Source: Octopus sinensis (taxonomy: Eukaryota). Taken from it: a DNA stretch of 64,000 nt. The notes below the pieces were generated by a model, which worked only from the letters and a program-made list of their open reading frames with translations, had not been told where the DNA came from and made no database searches. The DNA lies in the NCBI RefSeq assembly GCF_006345805.1, contig NC_043016.1:24180001-24244000 (forward strand). The letters run 5' to 3'. A program made the position numbers and the translations under genes. How positions within the stretch are numbered: the first letter of the stretch is position 1; every line of letters begins with the position of its first letter. Shown one piece after another: positions 41,428 through 54,790 of the stretch.

Positions 41428-42473
41428 AAATGAGGCACACATAACCTGGTTTGAGAACCTCTGCATTACATGGTTTCCAAGACTGGTAGGAACAAAGCTG
41501 GAAGGAATTATTCTCAAGCCAGAGAACTGGTACAAATGCTTGAAACAAAGAAGACTTTAATAAAAGTATCCAAGGATTAGTGCTGGTGTTAAATCAGATG
41601 TTGGATCAAGTTTACCACCCATGGCAAGATTTGAACTCAGAACACAAAGAGCCAGAACAAATATAACAGGGCATCTCATTTGATGTTTTAAGGATTCTGC
41701 CAGTCCATTGTCCTGGATTGGGTTTTTCTTTTTTTCAATCAATCCTGAAAGATTGACCTCAGCTGGATTTGAACTGAAAATGCAACCAGCCAAAAAGACT
41801 TCAAGGCATTTCATCCAATGCTCTAACAACTCTCCTGTTGCTAAAATATAGCAAGATATCAACTTAAGAATTGAATAAATTTATAATTCAATAAACTACA
41901 ATCAAATTACCAATGGTTTTTCTTTGGAGGAGGGCTACATGTGGGTAGATGGAGTGTTTTTTTTTTACGGTTCAGTCAAAAAAAGCAAGGGCAATGATCA
42001 TGGCCTTATCACACTTTTCAAGGGTTCTGAAACAGATGGGTGCCATGAGCCAGGGTTTTTTTTTTTTTAATTGAGTCACTGGTTGTGTCTAGTAGCCAAA
42101 AGCATTCTGTTTCATTTAGGAGACACAATTAGAGTACTTAACTGTTGACAAATTGATAATTAGGCCCAATGTAAAACCAGGTGTCAAGGCAATGGACAAT
42201 TGATCAAGAAAACAGGCAATTAATCAGAGTGATGGATTATTAGTTTGGAGAGTAATTAAGTTAAATAAATTACTTACGTCCACTAGATCTTTCAGAAGTG
42301 CATTATATCCAGTCTTATCTTACTAAATTGATTTGTTTTTTGCACTTTTCTACTCTTTTATTTGTTTCAGTCATTGGCCTGTAGCCATGATGAGGGCATT
42401 ACATCATCCCCACCACTTCAATAATTTCAGTCTGGCTCTATCTATCTGTCTGTGTCTCTGCCTATCTGTCTAA

Positions 42474-42532
<59 letters not shown>

Positions 42533-42540
42533 ATATATAT

Positions 42541-42760
42541 ACTCTTTTCTCTCTTTTACTTGTTTCAGTCATTTGACTGTGGCCATGCTGGAGCGCTACC
42601 TTTAGTCGAGCAAATTAACCCCAGGACTTATTCCTTGTAAGCCTAGTACTTATTCTATCATTCACTTTTGTCGAACCGCTAAGTTATGGGGACGTAAACA
42701 CACCAGCATTGGTTGTCAAGCGATGTTGAGCGGGTGGGACAAACACAGACACACAAGCAT

Positions 42761-42814
<54 letters not shown>

Positions 42815-42975
42815 CGGGCTTCTTTCAGTTTCCATCAACCAAATCCATTCGCAAGGCTTTGGTTGGCCCGGGGCTATAGTAGAAGACAGTTGCCCAAGGT
42901 GCCACACAGTGGGACTGAACCCAGAACCATGTGGTTGGTAAGCAAGCTACTTACCACACAGCCACTCCTATGCCT
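42541..42975 (-). mobile_element. Full-length tRNA-derived SINE
   Basis: tRNA-like head with GGTTCAGTCCC, central (TA)n, TAAAAGAG-type tail. Confidence 0.9.
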
Positions 42976-43389
42976 ATATATATAATGTGTGTGACCAGGA
43001 GGCTTGTTTGCCAACCATGTGGTTCAGGTTCAGTCCCTGAGTTGACCAAAGCCTTTTGAGTGGATTCAGTAGATGGAAACTTCAAAAGCTTGTCATGTGA
43101 ATGTTTGTGTATGCTGCTGTCTCGACATCACATGATGGTTGTAAACAAGTATCATGATCATATAAGAGAAAATTATTATTTCCATTTTTTTTATGAAAAA
43201 CATACCTGGCCATATTAGAGGAAATATTAGCTTCCCTGGAAACCGGTGGAAGTTGGTGACAGGAAGGGTACTGAACCATAAAAAATTTGCCTCAACAAAT
43301 TCTGACACACACATACACATACACACACATCATATGGATACTGAATATTGACATGGTATGTATTGAAACCTCTCCTTTTCATAATTCGT

Positions 43390-43960
43390 CATGAACTGGA
43401 TTGACATGCACACCTGTTCAGACTTGATATCTCAATCAGTGGGTGTAAAATCAATTGGCTGATATTTGCAGGGAACACGGTACTGTTTGGTTCATCAGAA
43501 GATGATCTCCTGCATATAGCGAATAGGTTAACTGCCAAGTATTGCAAGACCAGGATGAGAATTAGTTTTGCAATGAATGAGAAATTGGTCACCTCAAGAA
43601 AGTCTTCTCAGTGCATTTGGCACATTTGTAGAACATGACTGAGACAAGTGGAGAAGTTTAAGCATCTTAAGACTATATTCACAAGTGTGAGAAGCAGAAG
43701 GCTGAACTGAATTGCATTCGATTCTCAGAAGAGAGAGTGGTTGAAATTAAAAAGTCAAACTTACTATCTTCAATTCAGTTTTCCTACCTGTCTTACAGTC
43801 ATGAATGTTGGGTAATGGGTAAAAAAGAATGGTTATGAATACAAGCGGCTGAAACACAGTTGCTCCAAAGGATCTCTGGAATTATGTTTATTAACAGAAC
43901 GCATAGCTCAGAGAACAGGCAGTCTCTGAAGTTTGAGCTTGCTGCTTCTCTGCTTTGAGA
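43390..43960 (+). mobile_element. Decayed RTE (Expander-like) RT C-terminal region
   Basis: SSEDDLLHIANRL; YSHECWVM..K....IQAAETQLLQRISG. Confidence 0.6.
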
Positions 43961-44255
43961 GGCCACAGCTTCAGTACCATAGACATATGATTAAAATGTT
44001 ATGGGGTAAAAACTGCAAGATGGATACTTCAACCCGAACCAGAAATTCTAATGACAATTGATTTTGAAAGGACCTTAAGGAGGTGGTGTCTGAAGATGCT
44101 ACTGAGTGGGCAGAGAAGGATGGACTCACACACAAAACCATAAAATTTAGCAGGTATGAGAAATAAATGTATTTATTTATCCACTTAACATCCTTCAGAT
44201 TATGGCCGTCAAATGTTTAAATATATTCACTTCTCATACCTCCTGAATTTTATAA

Positions 44256-44286
<31 letters not shown>

Positions 44287-46471
44287 ATATATACTCTTCA
44301 ACAAATATTTTCATTGATTGAGTCTTCTGGATTTCAGCTGCATCTGCATGGACACTCTGTATTACACTTCTCTGTATTGGATTACTATGTAGCCTGATAG
44401 CCAAGTCCATTAGAGGGGCTTTCTGTGATAATCAGATGATTCTCTGAATCCATATCTTATACTTTAAATCATGTGTGTGTGTGTGTGTGGTGTGTGTGTG
44501 TGTGTGTGTGTGTGTGTGGATGGAAGGATAAAAGGGTGGATAAACAGATGGATGGGTGGGGCTTTATAGAGTTATAAAGCTGCAGACATCATTTCGTCTT
44601 TCATCCTCCTGGGTTTGATAAATACTGTACCAGCTAGTTGTGAAAGCCCTATAACAGGCCAATGACACTGGTCTTCCTTCCTGGCTAAAAAATAAAAAAA
44701 AAGATAAAGTGAGTTGATATACTGGTTTGTTAGATAAACACATGGTAACAATTTTCAGGAGAGGAAAGAGTCAACTTGACAGATATCAGTACATGAGAGG
44801 TGCTTATTTTATCATCTCCCAGGAAGATAGAAGGTAAATTTTGCCAGCACGGGATTTGAACAACCAACAAAAATATTGATTTCTAATATTCGTCCCCAAA
44901 GTTTGAGGCATCAAACTTTGGGGATTAGTAGATTAGTAGCTTATAAGTACATCTCGTATTTTATTTGATCAACTCAAGAAGAATATTCAAATCCCACTCA
45001 GGTTATCAAAAATATTGATTTCTAATGTCTGTCCCCAAGGCCTCAAATTTTGTGATATGGATGCTAATTGATTATATCTACACCCCACTACATAACTGGT
45101 ACTTCATTTTATTGATCCTGAAAGAATAAAAAGTGAGAGTTGAACATCATATTAAAACATTGATTTCTAACTTGGGCACAAGGCTACAAATTTTGGGGTG
45201 AGGTTACAATTAATTATATCAACCTTTCCTGTGCTTGACTGGTCATTTATTTTATTGGCCATGGAAGGATGATTTACATGCTGGACTAGGGTAAAAGTTA
45301 TGAATGGCCATGGGATTGCACCTAGAAAGTTGCCTTCTGAGGCACAAGTCCAGGCAAGATTGTTAATGGGAAATCAGCAGTCATCTGTGCATACCAGCCT
45401 CCCCTCTCCATGCCACCGATGTTATCCAAGGAAAAGGCAAAGGCCGATATAGGTGAGTGAACTGAAGCAACATGAAATAAAATGTCTTTCACGAGAACAC
45501 AACTCACAGCCTTGTCTGGGAAGTGAACTCACTACTTCATGATTGTGAACCTGACACTCTAACCACTGAGCCATGCTGAACTATATAATATTGTCAAATA
45601 TTCAAACTCATTGAGATTCCAACAAGAAAGTACCTATATTATGGTTATAGAATTAACTACCACAAGTTTGTTTCTTGTCAGTTTACTCTCAACTTTGGCC
45701 TGAAAGACTCCTTCCTAAATATTCAGATAGCTAATTATTGGCTCAGAGGAATTGGACAAATATTACTTTCTTGATTATCTGAAATTGCATTTGTCCTCCA
45801 AATAAATCTTTTCACAAAAGATTTTTTTCTCCATTCAAAAATCAATATATTAAATCTGCCAAAGAAACAAAAATGAAATTATATAAATTGGAAAAAAAGA
45901 AAAGTATTATGCATTTCACTATCTGGCAACAGATTGTGAGACCCTTTTACCATGTCAAACATCTTGTTCAAAAGAATTGCTTTAACTTTCCTGGCACAAA
46001 CAATCTACTGATAGGTATTTTGCTTATGTGTGTATATGTAGGTATATTATGTATGTGTATATGTGAGTATATTATGTATGTGAATAAGTGATTGTGTGTG
46101 TGTGTATGTACTAGTGACTGTGTGTGTGTATGTGTGTGCGTGTACAAAGAATTTTTAACATATATCTGTGGCATGTGAAGCAGTCCATCATTCTTTGGCT
46201 GAAGGTATCTTTCCAAAATTTGATGAACGAATAATGAACTGTCAAAATATGAAATGTGGACATGTGTTTGCGTGTGTGTGTGTGTGTATGTGTAGCCCAG
46301 TGGTTAAGGGGTTGGTCTCACAATAAATCTGAATGCATTGTATTCAAAAGCAAAAAAAATTTCAGCCTTAAAGTAAATAAAGATTTTGTGTATGAAATGC
46401 AATACAACCATTACCCCTTCAAACAGTGTTGATCTGTGGATGAAGATGGAACCAATTCTAGCAGTAGGAAG

Positions 46472-46508
<37 letters not shown>

Positions 46509-46813
46509 ACTCTCTCTCTGCCCCTCTCCCTCTCTGGCAAGGTCAAAAATCTGGCTGAACTCGCAGGGAAACAACTTGAATACTTTCATTGCAAGGAATT
46601 GAAAATCTGTTATTTGAAGTTATAGATGCACTCATGCACATGCATAAATACACTCCTTTATTAGATGAGTTTGTTGCAAGAGTGGGTTAAGGGCTGAGGC
46701 ACTTACCAAACATGAAATAAATGCATTGGAATAAAACTCTAAGCCCTTGAATCACTCCTGTCAATCTCAGCCAGTATAAAATTACACTTTTTCTCAAATT
46801 TACAAAATGAAAT

Positions 46814-46844
<31 letters not shown>

Positions 46845-46870
46845 TACATACATACATACACACACACACT

Positions 46871-46907
<37 letters not shown>

Positions 46908-46918
46908 CTGTAAGAGTA

Positions 46919-46950
<32 letters not shown>

Positions 46951-46954
46951 AAGT

Positions 46955-47160
46955 TAATCCAAACAAGAAAACACAAAAAAACAAAAAAACACAACAACGC
47001 GAGGACGTGGAACAAATAAAGTATTATTGGACACTCAGGAAAGAAGGGAAGAAGAAGGGTTTAACGTTTCGAGCGGAGCTCTTCGTCGGAAACATAGGAG
47101 AAGGAAAGATCCCGAGAAGGGAAGACAGAGGAAAAAAAATCTCCAGCGGTACTCACGAGG
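46955..47160 (-). mobile_element. Penelope-type terminal repeat with mutated hammerhead core
   Basis: Paralog of 31696-31895; core reads CCGACGA. Confidence 0.65.
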
Positions 47161-48019
47161 TCATATATATATATTTATTTACATATATATTTATACATAC
47201 ATACTCTCACAGATATGCATATGTATGTATGTATGTATGTATGTATGTGTGTGTGTATGTATGTATGTATGTATGTATGTATATCTGTGAGAGTATGTGT
47301 AAATATGTGTGTGTGAGAGAGAGAGAGAGATAAAGAGAGAGAGAGCATGCATATGTGTTGTAAGAAGTTACTAAAAGGCTTGGTGTCTTGTAGAGCAACT
47401 AGCTGCAAAACACTCCCTCAAAAAGTCCCTTGCAATTCAACCCAGTATAGAAAAGCAACACTGACGTGACAAGATATGTATGTGTATATATATATATATC
47501 TAGGAATTTAGCATTGTGTACCCAGTGTAAATTATAGGCACTAGAAATAGTAGCAGCATCACAGGCAAGCTGATAGAGAAGAAATACTTCATTTATAGAA
47601 AATGGTGCAAAGGAGTGGTTAGCAGCAAGAACACACAGAGGAATTCTTTCAAATATCTGAAAGGCTCCCTAGAAGTTGACAGCTTCTGTTACCAAGGTGA
47701 TGTAATTAACAGTAGTAGTAGTGGTGATGGTGATAGGGGGGTTACTCTGAAAGTGTGGTTGCTATAATAAGGAAGAGATGTAAAATGTTAAGGACCTATG
47801 CTACCTCTGTTGGCAAGAAAGGCATTCTCTGCCTGTTAGTGAGAGGCACATCATATGAAGCACATTCCAGAAAGTTTGAGGCATTTTTAGGAGAGGCAGT
47901 TATGGTTTATTGTAATTTTGGTATATCAACGCTACCCATCTAAAAAGCTGACCTGCCAACTTTCATTATTCCAGATTGAAGGTGGTAGGTGTAACAGCTC
48001 TTTGAACATACCCTACTAA

Positions 48020-48414
48020 ACACTGGCCTCCATGCCGATGGCACGTAAAAAGCACCATTCGAGCATGATCATTACCTGTGTCGCCTTACTGGCACTTGTG
48101 CTGGTGGCACGTGAAAAAACATTCGAGCGAGGTCATTGCCAGTGCCGCTGGACTGGCTCCTGTGCAGGTGGCACATAAAAAGCACCATCTGAGTGTGGCC
48201 ACTGCCAGTACTGCCTGACTGGCCTTCGTGCCGGTGGCACGTAAAAGCAACCACTACATTCTCGGAGTGGTTGGTGTTAGGAAGGGCATCCAGCCGTAGA
48301 AACTCTGCCAGATCAGATTGGAGCCTGGTGCAGCCATCTGGTTTGCCAGACCTTGGTCAAATCATCCAACCCATGCTAGAATGGAAAGCGGACATTAAAT
48401 GATGATGATGATGA
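48020..48414 (+). mobile_element. RTE 3'UTR and tail
   Basis: Tandem GTGCC..TGGCAC units plus (GAT)n. Confidence 0.85.
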
Positions 48415-48429
48415 CTTGTTTGCAGAATG

Positions 48430-49652
48430 TAATCAGAGTATGAGGACAATTTGGAAGCTAGCTATGCATTAAAGTTCTGTGTTAAACTAAACAAAAACAT
48501 AACAGAAACTTATGAAATACTCCAGGCTGCTTATGGATTAACCTGCATGAGCTGAGCAAGGCACAAGACATTCAAGGATGGTAGAGAGGTGGTGTGGGTG
48601 GAAGAGGAACATCAGATCATCAGAGCTAGTTGAGAAAATTTTCAGGCTTTCTGGATGAAGATTGTTGTAAATCTCGAAAGACATTTGTTCCCAGGGTGCT
48701 TGATAATAAATAAAAGGAAAGACGTGTTGCTGACAGCAGGAAGATGATTGAGTTTATTACTGCCACTCCAAGAGTACTTGAGTCTCTGGTGACTTGTGAT
48801 GAAAGCTGAATCTACAGTTAAGATCCAGGCACCAAGGGCAGAGTACCTAATGGAAGTATCCTGGCTCCTCCAGCACCAAGAATACCAGGTAAGGCAAATC
48901 CACCAGGAAGATGATGAAGATCCTGTTTTTCAACAGGAAATAATTTATCAGGGATATAATTTACAAATATTATATAATATAAATCACATCAAGGATATAA
49001 TTTACAAATATTATATAATATAAATCATATCAAGAATATAATTTACAAATATTATATAATATAAATCATATCAAGGTTATAATTTACATATATAATATAA
49101 ATTATATCAAGGGTATAATTTATATTATATATGTAATTTATATATACTTTATACCAAGGATGTAATTTACATCCACTGGTTTCCCTCTGGCTAGGTGGTC
49201 AACACAGAGTACTTTGTGGAGGTTTTGAGGGAGTTCAGGAAGAGATTTTGTCATAAAAGGCCAGAACTCTTCCACTCATGTTGGTTGTATCTGTACCAGG
49301 ACAATGCACTAGTCCACAGTTACATCCTAGTAACCTGCTACTCAACAGTGATGAGTATCAACCTCCCTACAGTCCAGACCTTGTTCTCTATGACTTTTGA
49401 ATGTTCCCTAAGCTGAAGAAAAACCTGAGGGACAGTTGTTCTGAAGACATTAAGAAGATGAAGAAGGTTGTTATAAAGATCTTGGACACCTTCACTTTGG
49501 AGGACTTCATGGGGCCTTCACGAAGTGGTTGAAGCACTACAACAAGTGCATAGAAATTAGAGGATCCTACTTTGAAAGAGATTAGAATTTTGAACTTTGA
49601 AATTAATAATGTCTCTCATGAAAAAGTCTCAAAACTTCTGGAATGTACCTTG
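48430..49652 (+). mobile_element. Mariner element, decayed, with internal minisatellite
   Basis: YALKFCVKLNKNITETYEILQAAYG; LVTCDES; YLYQDNALVH; right TIR GTCTCAAAACTTCTGGAATGTACCTTG + TA. Confidence 0.85.
48946..49172. repeat. ~41-bp AT-rich minisatellite
   Basis: ATCAAGGATATAATTTACAAATATTATATAATATAAATCAT x4-5. Confidence 0.9.
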
Positions 49653-50256
49653 TACGATGCTTGTATACAAAGAGTTGTATTGCTTGACAGCTAAAAATAA
49701 GCAAAAGAAAATAATATGTTAAAGGCTAGAAAGAAATGTTCAATTGGATGTTGTAACATTATTGAATGTGAATTCACATATGATCTTGGAGGAAAAAAAG
49801 TGGTTACAAGAAGTATAAGGTATAAGGTACAAATGAGCAGGAAGACTGTGCTGACACATATGAAGGGTGATAGTTTGGTAAGGAAAAAGTGCCAAGCAAT
49901 CCAAAAGGAAGAAACTTACTGAAGAAGTTTGAAGAAGACACGGGAAGTGTAAAAGGGTTAAGATTTTTCGGTTATAAATAAAACATAAAATAGCAACTTG
50001 GTAATATTGTTAGCATATTGGACAAAATGCTTAATAGCATTTCTTTTGGTTCTTTACATTCTAAGTTCAAATACCAGCAAGATCAACTTTGCCTTTCATC
50101 CTTTTGGGATCATTAAAATAAAATACCTGTCAAATATTGTGGTGAATATAATTGATTAATCTGTGCTACCATTAAAGTTACTGACCTTGTAACAAAATTT
50201 GATACGATGATAATTAAATATTAATTATCTTGCACACCTTAATATGATAATTAAAC

Positions 50257-50432
50257 AGGTGTATGAGTGGCTGTGTAGTAAGTAGCTTGCTTACCAACCA
50301 CATGGTTCCGGGTTCAGTCCCACTGCATTGCACTTTGGGCAAGTGTCTTCTACAATAGCCTCGGGCCAACCAAAACCTTGTGAGTGGATTTGGTAGACGG
50401 AAACTGAAAGAAGTCCGTCATATATATGTATA

Positions 50433-50474
<42 letters not shown>

Positions 50475-50683
50475 TGTGTCTGTGTTTGTCTCTCCAAGAT
50501 CGCTTGACAACCGATGCTGGTGTGTTTACATCCCCCGTAACTTAGCGGTTCGGCAAAAGAGGCCGATAGAATAAGTGCTAGGCTTACAAAGAATAAGTCC
50601 TGGGGTCGATTTGCTCGATTAAAGGCGGTGCTCCAGCATGGCCGCACTCAAATGACTGAAACAACTAAAAAAGTAAAAGAGTA
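50257..50683 (+). mobile_element. Full-length tRNA-derived SINE
   Basis: Head to tail match with 42541-42975. Confidence 0.9.
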
Positions 50684-50697
50684 TTAAATTATTAGTA

Positions 50698-51121
50698 TAC
50701 TCTTTACTCTTTTTTTACTCTTTTTACTTGTTTCAGTCATTTGACTGCGGCCATGCTGGAGCACCGCCTTTAGTCGAGCAAATCGACCCCGGGACTTATT
50801 CTTTGTAAGCCCAGTACTTATTCTATCGGTCTCTTTTTGCCGAACCGCTAAGTTACGGGGACGTAAACACACCAGCATCGGTTGTCAAGCAATGCTAGGG
50901 GAACAAACACAGATACACAAACATATTCACACACACTTATATATATATACATATATACGACAGGCTTCTTTCAGTTTCCGTCTACCAAATCCACTCACAA
51001 GGCATTGGTCGGCCCGGGGCTATAGCAGAAGACACGTGCCCAAGATGCCACGCAGTGGGACTGAACCCAGAACCATGTGGTCGGTTAGCAAGCTACTTAC
51101 CAAACAGCCACTCCTGCACCT
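50698..51121 (-). mobile_element. Full-length tRNA-derived SINE, tail-to-tail with the previous copy
   Basis: Reverse complement of the 50257 family. Confidence 0.9.
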
Positions 51122-51954
51122 ATATGCTGAAAAAAAAAAAATATGTGGGACATTTCAAAGTTAAAATTATGTCAAATAATAACTAATAAGAAAATATCAA
51201 ATGATCTTTATACAGCCTAGGGTTATATGAAATATCAAGGATTATCATAGCAGAGATGAGATAGAAAAAACAATAAAGAAATATATGTAATTCTACTTTA
51301 TGGGCCCTAATTTGAATGAATGTGAAGGATGTACTTGGTGTAATGATTAGCACAGTTGTTTGTATTATAACAAATGGACAGATGCATAGTTTTCTTTGTG
51401 TAGATTTCTATGGATGGTTCTGTGCACATTATATTTTTTCTCTCATGGATATGTGCTTGCAAAGTATTAACCACCCACTAGTCTTTTATTTCTCATTTGG
51501 TCTCCCTTTGATCTAGCCCACTTCACTATTTTTATTGCCAATTATCTCTTCTGCTTGGTGCTGTTTATTATTTACATCTTTATTATTTACTAACTATACC
51601 TTAGAAGCTTCACCCTTCTCCTCTATCCCATCTTTCCCTCTATGTTCCTCACTTTATCATCCCCTTTTTCCACTCAATCCTTCTTACTTCACTTCCCATT
51701 GAACTTCTTTATATTCATAAACATTATTCTCTACTAAGTTATTTGCTAGAGCCTTCTAATGAAGATAACATAATTTCATAAAGATCTCTCAAAATCCTTG
51801 TTAATATACACACCAACAATATTATGACACAAGTCATTGTTTATCTGAAACAGTTGTAAAGCTAAAACTTGATTATATCATTCATTTTTTTTTTTTCTTT
51901 TTGTATGTGCAACTTTCCATATAAATACATTCCTTATACTACTGTCTTTTCTGC

Positions 51955-52165
51955 TTACTCTTTTACTTGTTTCAGTCATTTGAATGTGATCCGTGCTGGA
52001 GCACCACCTTTAGTCGAGCAAATCGACTCCAGGACTTATTCTTTGTAAGCCTAGTACTTATGCTATCAGTCTCTTTTGCCGAACCACTAAGTTATGGGGT
52101 TGTAAACACACCACCATCAGTTGTCAAGTGATGTTGGGGCGACAAACACAGACACACAAACATAT

Positions 52166-52212
<47 letters not shown>

Positions 52213-52374
52213 ACAGGCTTCTTTCAGTTTCCATCTACCAAATCCACTCACAAGGCTTTGGTCAACCTGAAGCTATAGTTGAAGACACTTGCTCAAGGTG
52301 CCTCGCAGTGGGACTGAACCCAGAACTATGTGGTTCATAAGCAAGCTACTTACCACAAAGCCACTCCTACACCT
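51955..52374 (-). mobile_element. Full-length tRNA-derived SINE
   Basis: Same family. Confidence 0.9.
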
Positions 52375-52988
52375 ATATATGCTTATATATATATGTACAT
52401 ACATTCATAAATAGGTAGTAATTTTATATTTGGATATACATCTTGTAGAATGCTTTTTAAATAAATCACCTGAGGAGACACACCTGTACCTTTGATGCAC
52501 CACAAATATTTGTCCAGTATCTTACCTGCAAGGTACCAGTACATGATGTGTTGAAACACTCATCATGAATAAAGAGTTTTATAATTGCCATTTTCTTTCT
52601 CTCGTGTTTTATATATATTCCTTTTGTTTTTACATCCACTTTTCCTTGCTCACATGAGTTGGCTGGATATAGGGCATTGTCATTCCAGTCACTAACAACA
52701 ACCAGTTTATTCTGCAAGGGATCTTTTATTTCACGTCTTTGAATGTACAATGTAAGTGAATGATTTGTTAACAGAAGAGATGACATCATTACTGCTTGTA
52801 GCTTATAACTTTTAAAGAAAATACACATATATAACATACATACACACATGTTGCAAAGGACTGAAAACTGAGTTCTGATAGCACCTACCTGAACATTGAG
52901 TTTGTTGCTGTACTCATTGCTAAATCTTATTTTTATAATAATACTTCTGTACAAGGCTTGTCTGGGTCCCACTAGCCATTTGCCTATA

Positions 52989-53847
52989 CAGGCATACCTT
53001 GGCTTAAGTTGTTTCAATTTAAGTCATTCTCGATTATATGTTGGTTTTCAAAAATGATATATGAAAAAATAAAAACCAAGTGAAGTCATTTTACTCAACT
53101 TTACATCTGTCTGCCACAAATATTGGGATTGTAAAATCACTAGAAAACTGTTAAAAGCACATAAAATCATGTTACTGTACAGTAAATAAGAATAAAAGCA
53201 TATAAAACCATATTAAAATATGTACAGTAAATGTTAAGATATACACCATAGTGTAGCTTAGTGAACAAAATCATGATATCAGCTGTGTTGTCTTATTTAT
53301 CAGTCTTTCAGAACTCATATTGCACTCTAGTTCCAATATCTACTGTTAGGCGTCGTCACTCGTGATTCCCGCGATTGCTTTGAATTCAGATTGGTTTACA
53401 TCTGTTTATCGGCTGTTTTTTCATTCTCATTCATTTGTGATTTTATTTTTTGCTGTCATGGCTCCTAAGAAAATTCATAGTGAAAGTGCTAAGCATCATG
53501 CTATAAAGTTGAAAGATAAACTGGCTGTGATAAAGTGCCATGAGAAAGGTGAAAAAGTTGTAACAATCGCACGATCTTTTGGGATGAATCAGACAACTGT
53601 ATCGACAATTGTACATAATGACAAGATTTTAGCATATATAAAACTATGTATAATTGAAAACACATTCATAAATAAAGTACAGAACTGGGAATGGTTATTA
53701 TCAGTTTAGCCTAGAGATAAGTAAATTTGGCCTATCCTAGCCTAGAGACAAGTTCATTCGACTTAGGTCTTTTCTTGACTAAAGTCATTTTTTGACTTAA
53801 GTCATATCTCCTGGAACAAATTAATGACATAGGGTGAGGTATGCCTA
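52989..53847 (+). mobile_element. Internally deleted Tigger (pogo) element
   Basis: TA-flanked CAGGCATACCT / AGGTATGCCTA ends; MAPKK...KLAVIKCHEKGEKVVTIARSFGMNQTTVSTI helix-turn-helix. Confidence 0.85.
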
Positions 53848-53949
53848 TATCTTCTTCACCGACTGCCAAATCACAGAAAGAGGGACTCTGTCAAAGTCTT
53901 TCTCCAGGTCAACAAATACTAAATACAGCAGCTTACTCTTAGATGAATA

Positions 53950-54790
53950 CTTCTCTGGGATGCTGGGATGAGAGCATCAGTTGTACTTATTCCTGGTACA
54001 AAGCTAGACTGCATCTCATCTTGGCCAACTATCTTCCTAATCAATTAAACTACACAGGTAACTTGGCAACTCATATTCTGCATATTTTAAGCATTTTAGC
54101 AGTAATTCCTGATGGACAGAGGCATCCCTTGTCTTCATATCTTTAACTGCTTTATCTATCATACTGCTGTGTACTAGAATGGCTGGTCCCTCTGTTGGGT
54201 CCATGTTAGGAAGACCATCTTCTTCCCATGCATTCTCCACATTTAGTAGTCTTTCATAGTAGCACTGCCATCCCTCCCTCTTTCTTTTCAGAATCAGTAA
54301 GTACAAGTGTACCATTACCCATTTGCACACACTTATCACCCACATCTTGATTCTCCCTCATACACAGTCTTGCAACTTGGAACACCTCAAGCCTCTAATC
54401 CTCATGCTGTAGAACATTGGCAAACCTCTTCCTTTCTACTTCTCCTCTCAGTAAGTAAACCTATCTCTTCTAGTTCCCTGATATAACTCTCTTCTCCCTA
54501 CCCCCACGACCACCATCATCATTCTTCCAGTTTTCCAAGCTTATCTTTTTTGCTTTTATAGCTTTGCTTACCTAATCTTCCACCACCATGCCACCTTTGA
54601 TCTGGCCAGAAGCTTCCACTATCCACAAATTTGCCCCATAGCCCTCAGTTGATTGCCTGTGAGAACTTCCACCTATCTTGTATGCCCTATATCTTTGCCC
54701 ACTGCTTAGCATAAAATATTTCAACTAGATCACATTATATGTCCATTTGTTTGCCAAAAGCATGTCTACTCCACCCATCCTATCATTATT
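53950..54790 (-). mobile_element. Decayed RTE ORF (endonuclease-RT linker)
   Basis: WQCYYERLLNVENAWEEDGLPNMDPTEGPAIL...IDKAVKDMK. Confidence 0.7.

Noticed and set aside
48020-48260. CRISPR-like array (palindromic repeat GTGCCGGTGGCACGTAAAAAGCACC with spacers)
   Set aside because: Spacers are homologous to each other, the array is part of the RTE 3'UTR, the context is eukaryotic, and there are no cas genes
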